64,000 bases of DNA from Aquificaceae bacterium (GCA_037925075.1 JAXSNR010000001.1:214085-278084), one strand, 5' to 3'; numbered from the stretch's first letter, positions 47,294-58,300 are shown. Notes: generated by a model not told the origin, from the letters alone. Program-made: numbers and translations.

Positions 47294-49146
47294 GGTTTTT
47301 CTCCTGTAAGTATTGCGTAGACAATAAAACAAAGAAGTAATGTGAGGAATATGTAGCTTATATAAAGGTTTATGTTTCCTGTTTGAAGGAATCTTCTAAC
47401 ATGGTCTGAGATATCCAGTATGTATGCGGTTAGCTTTCTGTATATCTTTTCTTCAAATACATCTTTTATCTCTTCCTTGTACAGAATACTACTTCGGAAG
47501 TACTTTTTTATTTCCGCATCAAAGTTTATCTCAGACACTGTGGAATAAAACATGGAAAAGAGCCTCCTTATACTGTAGGTTTGTGAGAGGGTGGTAGCCT
47601 GTGCGGATGGATTTTCTTCGTCAAGCCCGCAAACCCAGGTTTCATACATCCGAACCTTGCTTCTTCTTGTTATAAAAGCCAAGATAAGCAAAAGGACAAG
47701 GGATAGAAGCAAAATGTTAATTGGTACATAGTTCAACTCCGCGATTTCAAGTGGATAAACGCTGGAAAGCAAGCTAAACACCGGGTAGGGGTATAAGCCA
47801 AGCAAAAGAGAAGAGAGAACTGGTACACCTATACCAACCAACTCCGTTAGACTTGGCTTACTGGAAACCTTTGCTCCCCTGGGCTTTCCCAAGAAAGCAA
47901 CCCCAATAAACTTTACAAAGGTGGCACCTACAAAAACACCAGAGAGGGCAAGAAGAGTAAGCATAAGCACAAACATGTAAGCTGTAGAATCTCCTTTAAT
48001 GTTTAGAGAAAGGAGGAGGGTTTTGTAAAGAAGGAGTTCGCTGAAGAACATGTTGGAGGGAGGAAGAGCGGACATAAACAAAGAGGACGTTAGCATAAGG
48101 TAAAAGAGCATTGGGCTTGACTTTGAAAGTCCACCAAGCCTATTCATATCGTATTCGTGGGTCATTTTAACCACAACTCCTGCACCCATAAAAAGTGAAC
48201 TTTTCAGAAGAGAATGGTTTAAGGTATGAAGTAGTAAAAAGGCTTTAGCGGTAGAGTATATGGGTAATACTCCCTTGTGGAGACCAAAGTTAGCTAAACC
48301 CATTCCCATGACCAACAAGCCCATGTTTTCTATGCTGGAGTAGGCAAGAAACTTTTTAACACTTGATTCGGTAAGTGAGTAAATGGCACCATACACAAGA
48401 GAAAGACAACCAAAAAGGATGAGCAGTAAGCTTATAAGGGGTGAATTTGAAGAGGAAAATTCAAAGAGAAACCTCATCATGCCATAGATAGCGGTGTTTA
48501 GCATTACTCCAGACATTAGGGCTGAAACATTGGAAGGCGCCACAGGATGAGCGTAGGGTAGCCATACATGGAAAGGGACTACTCCAGCCTTTATGGAAAA
48601 GCCTAAGAGTGCCAACAAAAGAATATATGAGTCCGCAGAACCACGAAAGCTGTCAAAGCTTACAGAAGAAGTTTTTAGGTATAAAAGGATAAAGGAGAGC
48701 ATTATAAGGGCTGTCCCTAAATGGGTCATTAAAAAGTATATAAAGCCAGCTCTTGAGCTTTCCTTTTTCTCGTCACTTATAACAAGGTAAAAAGAGGACA
48801 GAGACATAATCTCCCAGAAGAAAAGAAAACTGACTAAATCGTTACTTATAAGGGTAAAAAACATAGAAAGTATGAAAAGCCCTGTAAGGCTTAAAAGGAC
48901 AGGAGGCTTTCCTTTTAGTTCCTTAGCATATCCGAGTGTGTATACTGAAACATAAAGGGATACAAAAACCAAAAGGGAAGAAAAGAAGGTGGATAGGGCG
49001 TCAAGCTTAAAGTGTGCCCCAAAAAATCCAAGTTGAAGTACAAACTCCCTTGGCAGGAGGAAAAGGGATAAAACTATGAGAGAAGAGACGGTAAAGGGTA
49101 TATACTTGTATACATTTAGGATTCTACTACTTGAGCCTTCAGACAT
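47290..49146 (-). CDS. hyfB: Ehr/hydrogenase-4 antiporter-like subunit (HyfB/EhrA-like)
   Basis: FFWEIMSLSS, KAGVVPFHVWLPYAHPVAPSNVSALMSG, KKFLAYSSIEN, TWVCG. Confidence 0.87.
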   Translation of the reverse strand: MSEGSSSRILNVYKYIPFTVSSLIVLSLFLLPREFVLQLGFFGAHFKLDALSTFFSSLLVFVSLYVSVYTLGYAKELKGKPPVLLSLTGLFILSMFFTLISNDLVSFLFFWEIMSLSSFYLVISDEKKESSRAGFIYFLMTHLGTALIMLSFILLYLKTSSVSFDSFRGSADSYILLLALLGFSIKAGVVPFHVWLPYAHPVAPSNVSALMSGVMLNTAIYGMMRFLFEFSSSNSPLISLLLILFGCLSLVYGAIYSLTESSVKKFLAYSSIENMGLLVMGMGLANFGLHKGVLPIYSTAKAFLLLHTLNHSLLKSSLFMGAGVVVKMTHEYDMNRLGGLSKSSPMLFYLMLTSSLFMSALPPSNMFFSELLLYKTLLLSLNIKGDSTAYMFVLMLTLLALSGVFVGATFVKFIGVAFLGKPRGAKVSSKPSLTELVGIGVPVLSSLLLGLYPYPVFSLLSSVYPLEIAELNYVPINILLLSLVLLLILAFITRRSKVRMYETWVCGLDEENPSAQATTLSQTYSIRRLFSMFYSTVSEINFDAEIKKYFRSSILYKEEIKDVFEEKIYRKLTAYILDISDHVRRFLQTGNINLYISYIFLTLLLCFIVYAILTGEKP

Positions 49147-49190
49147 GCTAAACTATTATTATATAACAAATTGGTGTTATAATTCTAACC
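49147..49190. promoter_or_regulatory. Bidirectional promoter between Ehr membrane and soluble subunit genes
   Basis: 44-bp AT-rich gap; plus strand TGtTATAAT-7nt-GTG; minus strand TATAAT-11nt-ATG. Confidence 0.6.
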
Positions 49191-50681
49191 GTGTTCCTGA
49201 AGGAAGAAAATGTAGAAGCCCATCAGCTTTACAGTAAGGTCAGGGAGGTTATCAGTAAGGGATTCTACCTTTTCAGTATGGTAGGAGGTGATGAAAGGGA
49301 GTTGGGAGGTGGGTTTGCTATCAGGTACTTTTTCATGAAACAGGGAGATTTAAAGGTTTTCACCTTAAGGACAGAGGATGTGTTTCCCTCTGTGGTTCCG
49401 ATCTGTCCGTCTTCTAAGAACTACGAGAGAGAAATACGAGACATGTTTGGGATTTTCCCAGAGGGTCATCCTGATAGTAGAAAGCTCATGCTGTATCCAG
49501 AAAACTGGGACCCAGCAATACATCCCCTCAGAAAAGACTACAAGGGACAAAAGCCAGAGTTTAAGAAGTATGGCAATTATAACTACAAAAAGGTTATAGG
49601 GGATGGGGTTAACGAAATACTTGTTGGTCCTATACATGCGGGTATCATAGAACCGGGCCATTTTAGGTTTTCCCTTGCTGGCGAAGCCATACTTCAGTTG
49701 GAGATAAGGCACTTTTGGAAGCATAGAGGAATAGAAAAACTATGTGAAGGGAAGGATCCCGAAGAAGTACTAAGGATTGTAAACAGAATTTCTGGGGATA
49801 ATGCGGTTAATTTATCCATAGCTTATCTTAACGCAGTTGAGCCTCTTCTTGGCGTTGAACTATCGGAAAGGGCTAAAACCATAAGGTCTATACTTGGAGA
49901 GGTTGAGAGGCTTTGGAACCATGTTAGAGATATAGGTTGGTTGTTCATGGATATAGGTTTTCCATTGGTCGCTCAACATCTTTTTTCATTACAGGAAAGG
50001 CTTATGAGGTTCAACAAGGCAATAGCAGGGCACAGGTTTATGTTTGATGTATGCGAACTTGGTGGAGTGAAAACTGATTTTGATAAGAACAGGGAAAGAG
50101 AGCTGTTTGACTTGCTTGAATTGATTGAGAGAGAAATAAAACATACAGAAGACTTTGCCATAGAAACGCCCTCTGTAAGGGATAGATTTGAAACCACGGG
50201 TCGTGTGTTTAAAAAGACTGCGTTGGAGCTTTCTCTTTGTGGCGTGTGTGCCAGAGCTTCTGGTCTGGAAAGAGATACTCGGTTAGAACTTCCTTATTTG
50301 GCTTACCAAGATGTACATCCTCAAGTACACGAAGAAGGGGACGTTATGGCAAGGTTTTTAGTAAGGGTAGGGGAAATCTACGAATCTATAAGGTTGATAA
50401 AGCTTTTCCTCAAAAACATGCCAGAACACACAAAAAATACGCATAAAATTCAGAAGCCTGAGCCTTATTCTTGGAACATGGGAAATGCGGAAACACCAAG
50501 AGGTAATGCCTTTTTCTTTGTGATGTTTGACAAACATGGAAAGGTATACAGGTTGAAGTATGTGGACCCATCCTTTAGAAACTGGCCAGCCATACAGTAT
50601 GCGGTCTTGGGAGATATAATAGCGGACTTTCCCCTTGTTAACAAAAGCATGAACCTTTCCTATGCAGGGAATGACCTTTAA
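49191..50681 (+). CDS. NuoC/D-like large subunit of Ehr complex (HycE/HyfG homolog lacking Ni-binding Cys)
   Basis: YEREI.DMFG...GHP..R...HPLRKD, VGPIHAGIIEPGHFRF, HRGIEK; L1 site RISGDN and C-terminus KSMNLSYAGNDL have no CxxC. Confidence 0.88.
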   Translation: MFLKEENVEAHQLYSKVREVISKGFYLFSMVGGDERELGGGFAIRYFFMKQGDLKVFTLRTEDVFPSVVPICPSSKNYEREIRDMFGIFPEGHPDSRKLMLYPENWDPAIHPLRKDYKGQKPEFKKYGNYNYKKVIGDGVNEILVGPIHAGIIEPGHFRFSLAGEAILQLEIRHFWKHRGIEKLCEGKDPEEVLRIVNRISGDNAVNLSIAYLNAVEPLLGVELSERAKTIRSILGEVERLWNHVRDIGWLFMDIGFPLVAQHLFSLQERLMRFNKAIAGHRFMFDVCELGGVKTDFDKNRERELFDLLELIEREIKHTEDFAIETPSVRDRFETTGRVFKKTALELSLCGVCARASGLERDTRLELPYLAYQDVHPQVHEEGDVMARFLVRVGEIYESIRLIKLFLKNMPEHTKNTHKIQKPEPYSWNMGNAETPRGNAFFFVMFDKHGKVYRLKYVDPSFRNWPAIQYAVLGDIIADFPLVNKSMNLSYAGNDL

Positions 50682-50695
50682 AGGAGGAATATAGA

Positions 50696-51196
50696 ATGCT
50701 TTTTCTCTTAAGGAGGTCCTTTCGTCTAAAAACCGAAGAAATAAAAACAGAACACCAAGAACTACTGGAAGAACTTCGTAAGGTAATAGATAACACCCTT
50801 GGCGGTAGTTTGTTTGTTAGAGAAGTGGATACAGGTTCTTGTAATGCCTGTGAGGTAGAAATTGCTAACCTTAACAACCCTTATTATGATGTAGAAAGGT
50901 TTGGCATAAAATTTGTTGCCTCACCAAAGCATGCGGATGTGCTTTTAATAACTGGTTGCGTGACCAGAAACATGCTTGTGCCTATGATGAAGGCGTACCA
51001 CAATGCACCAAAACCCAAATTTGTTATAACTGTGGGAGATTGTGCAAAAGATTGTAGCTACTTCAAAAATTCATATGCGGTAGAAGGTCCAGTGGAGAGA
51101 CATATACCCGTAGACCTTCACATACCCGGATGCCCACCAGAACCAAGTCAGATAATAGAAGGGTTTTTAAAACTGCTTAATAAAAGGGGAAGATGA
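50696..51196 (+). CDS. NuoB-like Fe-S small subunit of Ehr complex (HycG/HyfI homolog)
   Basis: GSCNACEVE, SPKHAD, VGDCA, IPGCPP: four cluster ligands present. Confidence 0.9.
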   Translation: MLFLLRRSFRLKTEEIKTEHQELLEELRKVIDNTLGGSLFVREVDTGSCNACEVEIANLNNPYYDVERFGIKFVASPKHADVLLITGCVTRNMLVPMMKAYHNAPKPKFVITVGDCAKDCSYFKNSYAVEGPVERHIPVDLHIPGCPPEPSQIIEGFLKLLNKRGR

Positions 51197-52276
51197 GGAT
51201 TCTTGCCCAAAATATCTCCCATTTAGAGTTATATAGTTTAGTATCTTACTCAGATTTCTTATACCTTTCAGATCTTGAATTGAGGTTAGCCTTTTTTCTC
51301 TCCTTCTTCTTATTATCTCCTTTGCGGTCTCCTTGCCTATGCCGGGAACTCTTATAAGCATACTGTAGCTTGCCGTGTTTATCTCCACTGGGAATAGGTG
51401 CCTATTTACCTCCGCCCATGCGGTTTTTGGATCTCTGTTGAGGGGAAGGTTGCCATCTAATAGTACGGGCTTTAGGTCCTCAAAGGAAAAGCCATACTCC
51501 CTTATGAGAAAATCAATCTGATATAGCCTGTACTCTCTCAGTGGGTTTTCCGCAGGTCTGTTTTCAAGGGGTGTACCCTTTACGGGGAAAAAGGCACTAA
51601 AGTATACCCTGCTCAATCTAAAACGTCTATTTAGGTAATCCACCACCCTTATTATTTCTTCATCCTTTTCATCTCCAACACCCACCATCATCTGGCTTAT
51701 CTGACTTTTGCCCTTCTGCTCTCTTATAAGCCTGTCCACGTACTCTATCTTGGGAAGCATATCCTGAAGTATGCTCTTGCCCTTTGCTATACCCTTTAGC
51801 CTTTCTTCTTTTGAAGTCTCAAGGTTTATGGAGACCCTGTTTGCCAACTTTACAGCCTCTTCAACGCTTTGCAAGGATGCACCGGGCATAAGCTTGAGGT
51901 GTATGTAACCTTTAAATTCGTACTTTTCTCTGAGGATTTTTGCCGTATCTATCATCCTCTCCATGGTAAAGTCTGGGTTTCCAAAGATGCCCGAAGATAG
52001 GAAAAGCCCCTTTACCTTTCCAGCCTTGTAAAGCTCCATAAACCCTCTTGCCACCTCCTCCGGCTTTAGTGCTATTCTTACGGTTTCATCCCTATCCCTC
52101 CTAAAGGCACAGTATACGCAGTTTTTATCACACATGGTGGTCTGCATAAGCTTAAGAATTGGCACTTTCCCCTTAGGCGTTGAAGCATGAAAAATACAAC
52201 TTTCAAAGTTATAATCTCCATCCCTCTCAAAGCTGGCAAGCCTTGACATAAGCCTTATCTTCTGATGGAGGTCCAT
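51167..52276 (-). CDS. Radical SAM + helix-hairpin-helix protein (putative DNA modification/repair family)
   Basis: CDKNCVYC, GLFLSSG, YIHLK..PG, RVYFSAF.P, REYRLYQ.DFLIR.YGF, LIRVPGIG (HhH). Confidence 0.85.
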   Translation of the reverse strand: MDLHQKIRLMSRLASFERDGDYNFESCIFHASTPKGKVPILKLMQTTMCDKNCVYCAFRRDRDETVRIALKPEEVARGFMELYKAGKVKGLFLSSGIFGNPDFTMERMIDTAKILREKYEFKGYIHLKLMPGASLQSVEEAVKLANRVSINLETSKEERLKGIAKGKSILQDMLPKIEYVDRLIREQKGKSQISQMMVGVGDEKDEEIIRVVDYLNRRFRLSRVYFSAFFPVKGTPLENRPAENPLREYRLYQIDFLIREYGFSFEDLKPVLLDGNLPLNRDPKTAWAEVNRHLFPVEINTASYSMLIRVPGIGKETAKEIIRRRREKRLTSIQDLKGIRNLSKILNYITLNGRYFGQESSSSPFIKQF

Positions 52277-52338
52277 AATCTATAGAATATGCACAGAACG
52301 GCTTTATGCCACCCCTTAGATGTTAAAATCTTAGTCCC

Positions 52339-53856
52339 ATGAGGGCACTTATATCCGTCTACTACAAGGAAGGTCTTGAAGAGCTTTTGCAAGCCCTTTA
52401 CGAAAAGGGTTATGAAATCATATCCACCGGTGGCACCGCAAGGTTTATTGAAAGACTGGGCTACAAGGTAAAACATGTGGAGGAGCTTACAGGCTTTCCT
52501 GAAATCCTGGGTGGTAGGGTAAAAACACTGCATCCTGCGGTGCATGGTGGCATACTTTACAGAGACTGGGTGGAAAAGGACAGACAAGATATAGAAAGTC
52601 TTGGCATAAAGCCCATAGACCTTGTAGTGGTAAATCTATATCCCTTTGAGGAAAAGTTAAAGGATGACCTTACAGAACAGGAGCTTATGGAGTTTATAGA
52701 CATAGGAGGACCCACACTCATAAGGGCTTCCGCCAAAAACTTCTACAGGGTTGGGGTGGTGGTGGACCCTGCGGACTACCGATGGGTGGCGGAAAAGATA
52801 AAAGAAGGTGGCCTGAGCCTTGAGGAAAGAAAGCACCTTGCGGTAAAAGCCTTTTCCCTTACCTCCTACTACGACGCTATCATATCAAAAGCACTTTCAA
52901 GCATCCTTGATGTAGATACCTCTCCAGAGTACTCCGCTTTACCCTTGAGATTGGCAAAGTCCCTAAGATACGGAGAAAACCCTCACCAAAAGGGATGGCT
53001 ATATCTCAATCCCTTTGAAGAGCTCGGAATCGCAAACTCTAAGGTCTTGCAAGGGAAGGAGATGTCCTTTAACAATTACCTTGATGGTGATTCAGCCCTT
53101 AGGTTAGTAAGCGAGTTTTCAAAGCCTGCCTGCGTGATAGTAAAGCACAACAACCCATGCGGTGTCGCATTGGGTAGGAGCCTACTTGAAGCTTATGATA
53201 GGGCTTTTTCTTCAGACCCAGAGTCTTCCTTTGGGGGCATAGTCGCCTTTAACGACAGGGTGGATAAGGACTTAGCCCAAAGGCTCACTGAGGTATTCCT
53301 TGAGGTGGTTATAGCTCCGGAGTTTTCTGAGGAGGCTCTGGAGGTGCTTTCAAAGAAGAAGAATCTTAGGCTTATTCAAGCACTTGGCTTTTCCAAGTCT
53401 TTTGATATAAAAAAGATAAGCGGAGGCTATCTTTTGCAAGAGGAGGACAGCTACGACTACGAAAGGCTTGAGGTAGTCTCAAAAAGACAGCCCACAGAAA
53501 GGGAGATGAAGGATATGCTTTTTGCTTGGAAGGTTTGCAAGTTTGTAAAATCCAACGCCATGGTAATAGCAAAGGAAGGCAGGACCTTAGGCATAGGCTC
53601 AGGAAACACCTCAAGGGTGGACAGCCTCAGATGCGCCATCGCAAAGGCTCAGAGGTTTGGCTTTGACCTAAAGGGAAGCGTCCTTGCGTCCGAAGCCTTT
53701 TTACCCTTTAGAGACAGCGTGGATATAGCCCATTCGGCGGGCATCACAGCCATCATCCAACCCGGTGGCTCCATAAGGGACTCTGAAGTGATAGAGGCGA
53801 TAAACCACTACAACATGGCTATGATATTTACAGGCACAAGGCACTTTAGGCACTAA
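52339..53856 (+). CDS. purH: Bifunctional AICAR transformylase/IMP cyclohydrolase
   Basis: [47 protein letters not shown]. Confidence 0.97.
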   Translation: MRALISVYYKEGLEELLQALYEKGYEIISTGGTARFIERLGYKVKHVEELTGFPEILGGRVKTLHPAVHGGILYRDWVEKDRQDIESLGIKPIDLVVVNLYPFEEKLKDDLTEQELMEFIDIGGPTLIRASAKNFYRVGVVVDPADYRWVAEKIKEGGLSLEERKHLAVKAFSLTSYYDAIISKALSSILDVDTSPEYSALPLRLAKSLRYGENPHQKGWLYLNPFEELGIANSKVLQGKEMSFNNYLDGDSALRLVSEFSKPACVIVKHNNPCGVALGRSLLEAYDRAFSSDPESSFGGIVAFNDRVDKDLAQRLTEVFLEVVIAPEFSEEALEVLSKKKNLRLIQALGFSKSFDIKKISGGYLLQEEDSYDYERLEVVSKRQPTEREMKDMLFAWKVCKFVKSNAMVIAKEGRTLGIGSGNTSRVDSLRCAIAKAQRFGFDLKGSVLASEAFLPFRDSVDIAHSAGITAIIQPGGSIRDSEVIEAINHYNMAMIFTGTRHFRH

Positions 53857-53866
53857 ATTTAAAGCC

Positions 53867-54163
53867 ATGCAGGTAAAGGAAGGCTTCTACACTTATGGCT
53901 CACATGGAGGATACGAGGCAAGCCTTGAAACACCCCCAGACCTTGTAATAGAGATACTCTCTCCCTCTAACACTTACACGGAGGTGGAACAAAAGGTGCA
54001 AGAGCTTTTGGATTTTGGAGTGGAAAGGGTCCTACTTTTGGACCCAAGGCTTAAAAGGGCATTTCTTCACAAAAAGGGCATTGTAGAAGTTTATTCCTTT
54101 GAGGAAGAGTTTGAGCTTCTACCAGAATTGAAAATTAAACTCTCTGAGGTGTTGGAGGAATGA
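53867..54163 (+). CDS. Uma2 (DUF820) endonuclease-like protein, N-terminally truncated
   Basis: PPDLVIEILSPSN...K...FGV..V.L.DP; only 98 aa against about 180 aa for the family. Confidence 0.65.
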   Translation: MQVKEGFYTYGSHGGYEASLETPPDLVIEILSPSNTYTEVEQKVQELLDFGVERVLLLDPRLKRAFLHKKGIVEVYSFEEEFELLPELKIKLSEVLEE

Positions 54164-54393
54164 AGCTTTTGTATTTTTCCATAATCAGAGAAAGGCTAAA
54201 AAAAGACAGCGAGGACATGGAGTTTGCTGGCAAGGTTTCTGAGCTTCGCAGTCTTTTGATAGAAAGGTATCCGGAGCTTGAGGGGGTCTTTAAGGCTTCA
54301 AGGTTTGCGGTCAATTACGAGTATGTGGATGAGGACTACGAGCTAACTGGGAGAGAGGTGGTAGCGGTAATACCTCCGGTGAGCGGTGGATAA
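54160..54393 (+). CDS. moaD: MoaD/ThiS sulfur carrier (molybdopterin synthase small subunit-like)
   Basis: KLLYFS..RE, AVNYEYV, C-terminal IPPVSGG. Confidence 0.88.
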   Translation: MKLLYFSIIRERLKKDSEDMEFAGKVSELRSLLIERYPELEGVFKASRFAVNYEYVDEDYELTGREVVAVIPPVSGG

Positions 54394-55324
54394 GAGGGCT
54401 TTAATCCTTAGGCTTTCTTCTCTTGGTGATGTGGTGCTAACTTCCTGTCTTTTGGACCCTCTTATTGAGCTTGGCTATAGCCCTTACCTTTTGACCTTTG
54501 AACCCTATGGTGAAATCTTCTTAGAAGACCCACGCCTTAAAGTTTTTCAGATAAAAAAGGAGGAGCTTTTTAGGAAACAAACCCTTGAAAGGTTAAAAGG
54601 CTTTGACCTTTACCTTGATATGCACAAGAACCTAAGGACGCTTTTACTGAGGTTAAAGCTTGGTGGAAGGTGGAAGAGCTACAACAAACAGTCCATCAGA
54701 CGCAGGCTTTCCATATACTTCAAAAGCCTTAGAAAACCCTACAGTGTGGTAAGGGCATACCTTGAAAGCATAGGCTACAAGGAGGGAAGACCCAAGATAT
54801 TGCTTTCTGAAGAGAGGCTAAAGCTTTGGAAACAAAGGCTTGGAAGTTATGTATGCATAGCACCGGGAGCAAGGTACGAAAAGAAGAGATATCCTTACTT
54901 TGACAAACTCACAGAACTTTTTCTCAAAGAGGAATATCAAGTGGTTCTTGTGGGAGACAAAAGGGACAGGGAGCTTACAAGAAACTGGCAAGGTATTAAT
55001 CTGTGTGGGGAGCTTTCCCTTTTGGATGTGGGTGCGGTCATAAAAGGTGCTTTGATCTTTTTGGGAAACGACTCTGGCTTACTTCACATATCAAGGGCTG
55101 TAGGCACAAAGGCCATTCAAATTTACGGCGGAACGCATCCCACCCTTGGCTTTGCCCTTGAACCTGATGAAGGCCTTTATGTGCTTAAAAACCTCTACTG
55201 CCAGCCCTGTAGCCTGCATGGAAAAGGCAAGTGCAGGCTTGGAGACTATCCATATCCTTGCCTTGATATAGCTCCGGAAGAGATATTTAAATTGGCTCTT
55301 GGCCTTTTAAGGGAAAGAAGCTAA
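54386..55324 (+). CDS. Glycosyltransferase family 9 (LPS heptosyltransferase-like)
   Basis: RLSSLGDVVLT, IAPGA...KR, GNDSGLLH...A.GT, CQPC. Confidence 0.88.
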   Translation: MDKRALILRLSSLGDVVLTSCLLDPLIELGYSPYLLTFEPYGEIFLEDPRLKVFQIKKEELFRKQTLERLKGFDLYLDMHKNLRTLLLRLKLGGRWKSYNKQSIRRRLSIYFKSLRKPYSVVRAYLESIGYKEGRPKILLSEERLKLWKQRLGSYVCIAPGARYEKKRYPYFDKLTELFLKEEYQVVLVGDKRDRELTRNWQGINLCGELSLLDVGAVIKGALIFLGNDSGLLHISRAVGTKAIQIYGGTHPTLGFALEPDEGLYVLKNLYCQPCSLHGKGKCRLGDYPYPCLDIAPEEIFKLALGLLRERS

Positions 55325-55377
55325 AAGGTTAAGGCTAAAAGGGAGTTTATGGTATATTTACATGTTGGAGGGCTAAA

Positions 55378-58300
55378 GTGTCCTCTTTGGATTTGACCTT
55401 TATAACAAACGAACCGGGGCAAACACTTAGGGATAGGTTTAACCAACTAATAAAGGACTGTAGGTTTTTTGACTGTATTGTCGGTTATTTTAATGTAAGC
55501 GGATTCCATGCCATTTACAAATCCTTGGAGAAGGCTGAGAGAATAAGAATCCTAATAGGAATTGGAACCACTCCAAGCACTTACCACCTAATAAAAACCG
55601 CAGAAACACACCCTTCTCATTATGAGGCAAAACAGAAGGTTGAAGAGATGATAGAAAATGAAATGGCTGAAAGCGAAGACGATCAAAATGTTGAAGAAGC
55701 AATCAGAAAGTTTATTGAGTGGATAAAAAACGGAAAACTACAGATAAGAGCATATCCATCCCAAAAACTTCATGCAAAGTTGTACATTATAACCTTTAGA
55801 GAAGGTGATCGTGATAAGGGAAGAGTAATAACAGGCTCAAGCAATTTTACTCAGTCTGGGCTTATAGACAATCTTGAATTTAATGTTGAACTAAAAAATA
55901 CATCGGACTATGAATACGCAAAGAATAAATTTGAGGCGTTGTGGAAAGAATCCGTTGAAGTCTCCGAAGCCATTGTCCAGATCTTAACACAAAAGACTTG
56001 GCTAAAGGATGATATCACACCTTACGAGCTTTATCTTAAATTCTTGTATGAATATTTCAAGGACGAGCTAAATATAACAGATGAAGTCTTTACGGAGTAT
56101 ATTCCGGAAAATTTCAAAGAGCTTGAATACCAAAAACAGGCGGTTTTGAACGCCAAAAGAATCCTTGAAGAGTACGGTGGAGTTTTTATCTCCGATGTGG
56201 TAGGACTTGGTAAAACCTACATGGGTGCAATGCTTGCAAACCAACTTGATGGTAGAACGCTTGTTATAGCACCACCCGCACTTATTGATAAAAGAAACCC
56301 CGGCTCATGGAGAAATGTATTTTCTGATTTTAACATTCCTGCGGAGTTTGTATCAATCGGCAAGCTTGACGAAGCTAAAGAGGATTCAAAGAAATATAAA
56401 AACATCATCATAGATGAATCACATCGTTTTAGAACAGAGACCACCATTAGCTACGAGGATTTATCTGAAATCTGTCGTGGTAAAAGAGTTATACTCGTAT
56501 CCGCAACTCCCTACAACAATTCACCAATGGATATTCTTGCCCAAATTAAACTTTTCCAGAACGCCAAAAAAAGCACCATACCCGGAATTGTAAATCTTGA
56601 AGATTTTTTTAAAAAACTTGATAAGCGATTAAAGGATATTGACCGCCAGAAGGATTATGAGGAATACCTAAGAATAACAAGGGAGAACGCAAAGGAGATA
56701 AGGGAAAAGGTTTTAAAGCATATAATGATTAGAAGAACAAGAAGCGAAATTCAAAAGTATTTTGCAAAAGACTTGGAGAAAAACAATATTAGATTTCCAG
56801 AAGTAGAAGACCCAAAGCCTATTTATTATCAGTTAAACTCCCATGAAGATAAGGTTTTTATGGAAACTGTAAGGCTAATAACACAAGAACTAAAATATGC
56901 CCGTTATATGCCACTACTGTATTTAAAGAAACCCATAAAACCTTTGGAAGAACAAGCCCAGAAAAATATGGGCGGTTTTATGAAGGTGCTTCTTGTAAAG
57001 CGACTTGAAAGTAGCTTTTATGCATTTAGAAATACCATTGACAGGTTTATTGGTTATTATGAGAAGTTTCTTAGTGAATACGAAAAAGGAAACGTATATA
57101 TAAGCAAAAAGTACATAAATAAAATATTTGAACTCTTGGAAGAAGGGGATGACGAAAAAATTCAAGAGCTTATAGATGAAGGAAAAGCGGAAAGATACAA
57201 CAGCGAAGACTTTAAACCTTATTTTGAAAAAGACCTAAAAAAGGACCTTGAAACTTTAAGAAAAATAAAATCCATGTGGGACTCTATAGAAAGAGACCCA
57301 AAGGTTGAAACTTTACTGGAAAGTTTAGAAAACCACCCCGTTTTAAAGGATAAAAAAATCATCATCTTTACAGAATCCAAGGAAACTGCGGAATATTTAA
57401 CTGAGAAAATAAACGAAAGATACGGACATGAGATAGCCTTGTTATTTCATAGTGGCTCTCCAGAAGGAGTTCGTGAGAAAATTATAGAAAACTTTGACGC
57501 AAGGGCAAGAAATAAAAAGGATGATTATAGAATCCTTATAACAACCGATATACTTTCCGAAGGCGTTAACCTTCATAGGTCAAACATTGTTATAAACTAT
57601 GATATACCATGGAATCCAACAAAATTAATGCAAAGAGTAGGGAGAATTAACCGTATAGATACAAAATTTGATAAGATATACGTGTTTAACTTTTTCCCAA
57701 CAGAACAGGCGGACTCTGAAATTGAACTTACAAAAATTGCTCGCTCAAAAATAGAAGCCTTTTTGACATTGCTCGGTGGTGATTCTTCAATCTTGATGGA
57801 AGGAGAACCAGTAGATTCTCATGAACTATTTGACAAACTACTCTCAAAGAAAACCATAACAGAAGACGAAGAAGAAGAAAGTGAGCTAAAGTATTTGAAG
57901 ATTATCAAAGATATACGCGATAACAATCCTGAGCTTTTTGAAAAAATAAAAAGGCTTCCTAAAAAGGCACGTTCCGCAAAGGCATTTGATGAATCATTAA
58001 ATGAAGTTGCACAGCCAAACTCCTTAATTACCTTTTTCAGACAAGGTAAATTGATGAAATTTTTCCTATCAACAAAGGATAAAACGTTTGAACTTGATTT
58101 TCTGACAACTGCAAAAATTCTGGAAAGCTCCATAAATGAAAAAAGAGAAAAAATTCCTGTTGAAGATTACTACCATCTACTTGATAAAAATAAATCCGCT
58201 TTCTATGAAACTACCACCGAAGAAGGAATTATTGAAAGTACAAAAAGAGGTGGTTCTGATAGTAGGCAAAAATTGTTGAAAATTCTACTTGCAGTTCAAA

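Noticed and set aside
49191-50681. Functional group 4 [NiFe]-hydrogenase or formate hydrogenlyase
   Set aside because: Both Ni-ligating CxxC motifs are absent; no maturation protease or fdh gene is nearby.
55320-55342. GCTAAAAGG direct repeat at the island's left edge as an att site or target duplication
   Set aside because: Only 9 bp, both copies on the same side, no integrase; the right boundary is outside the window.
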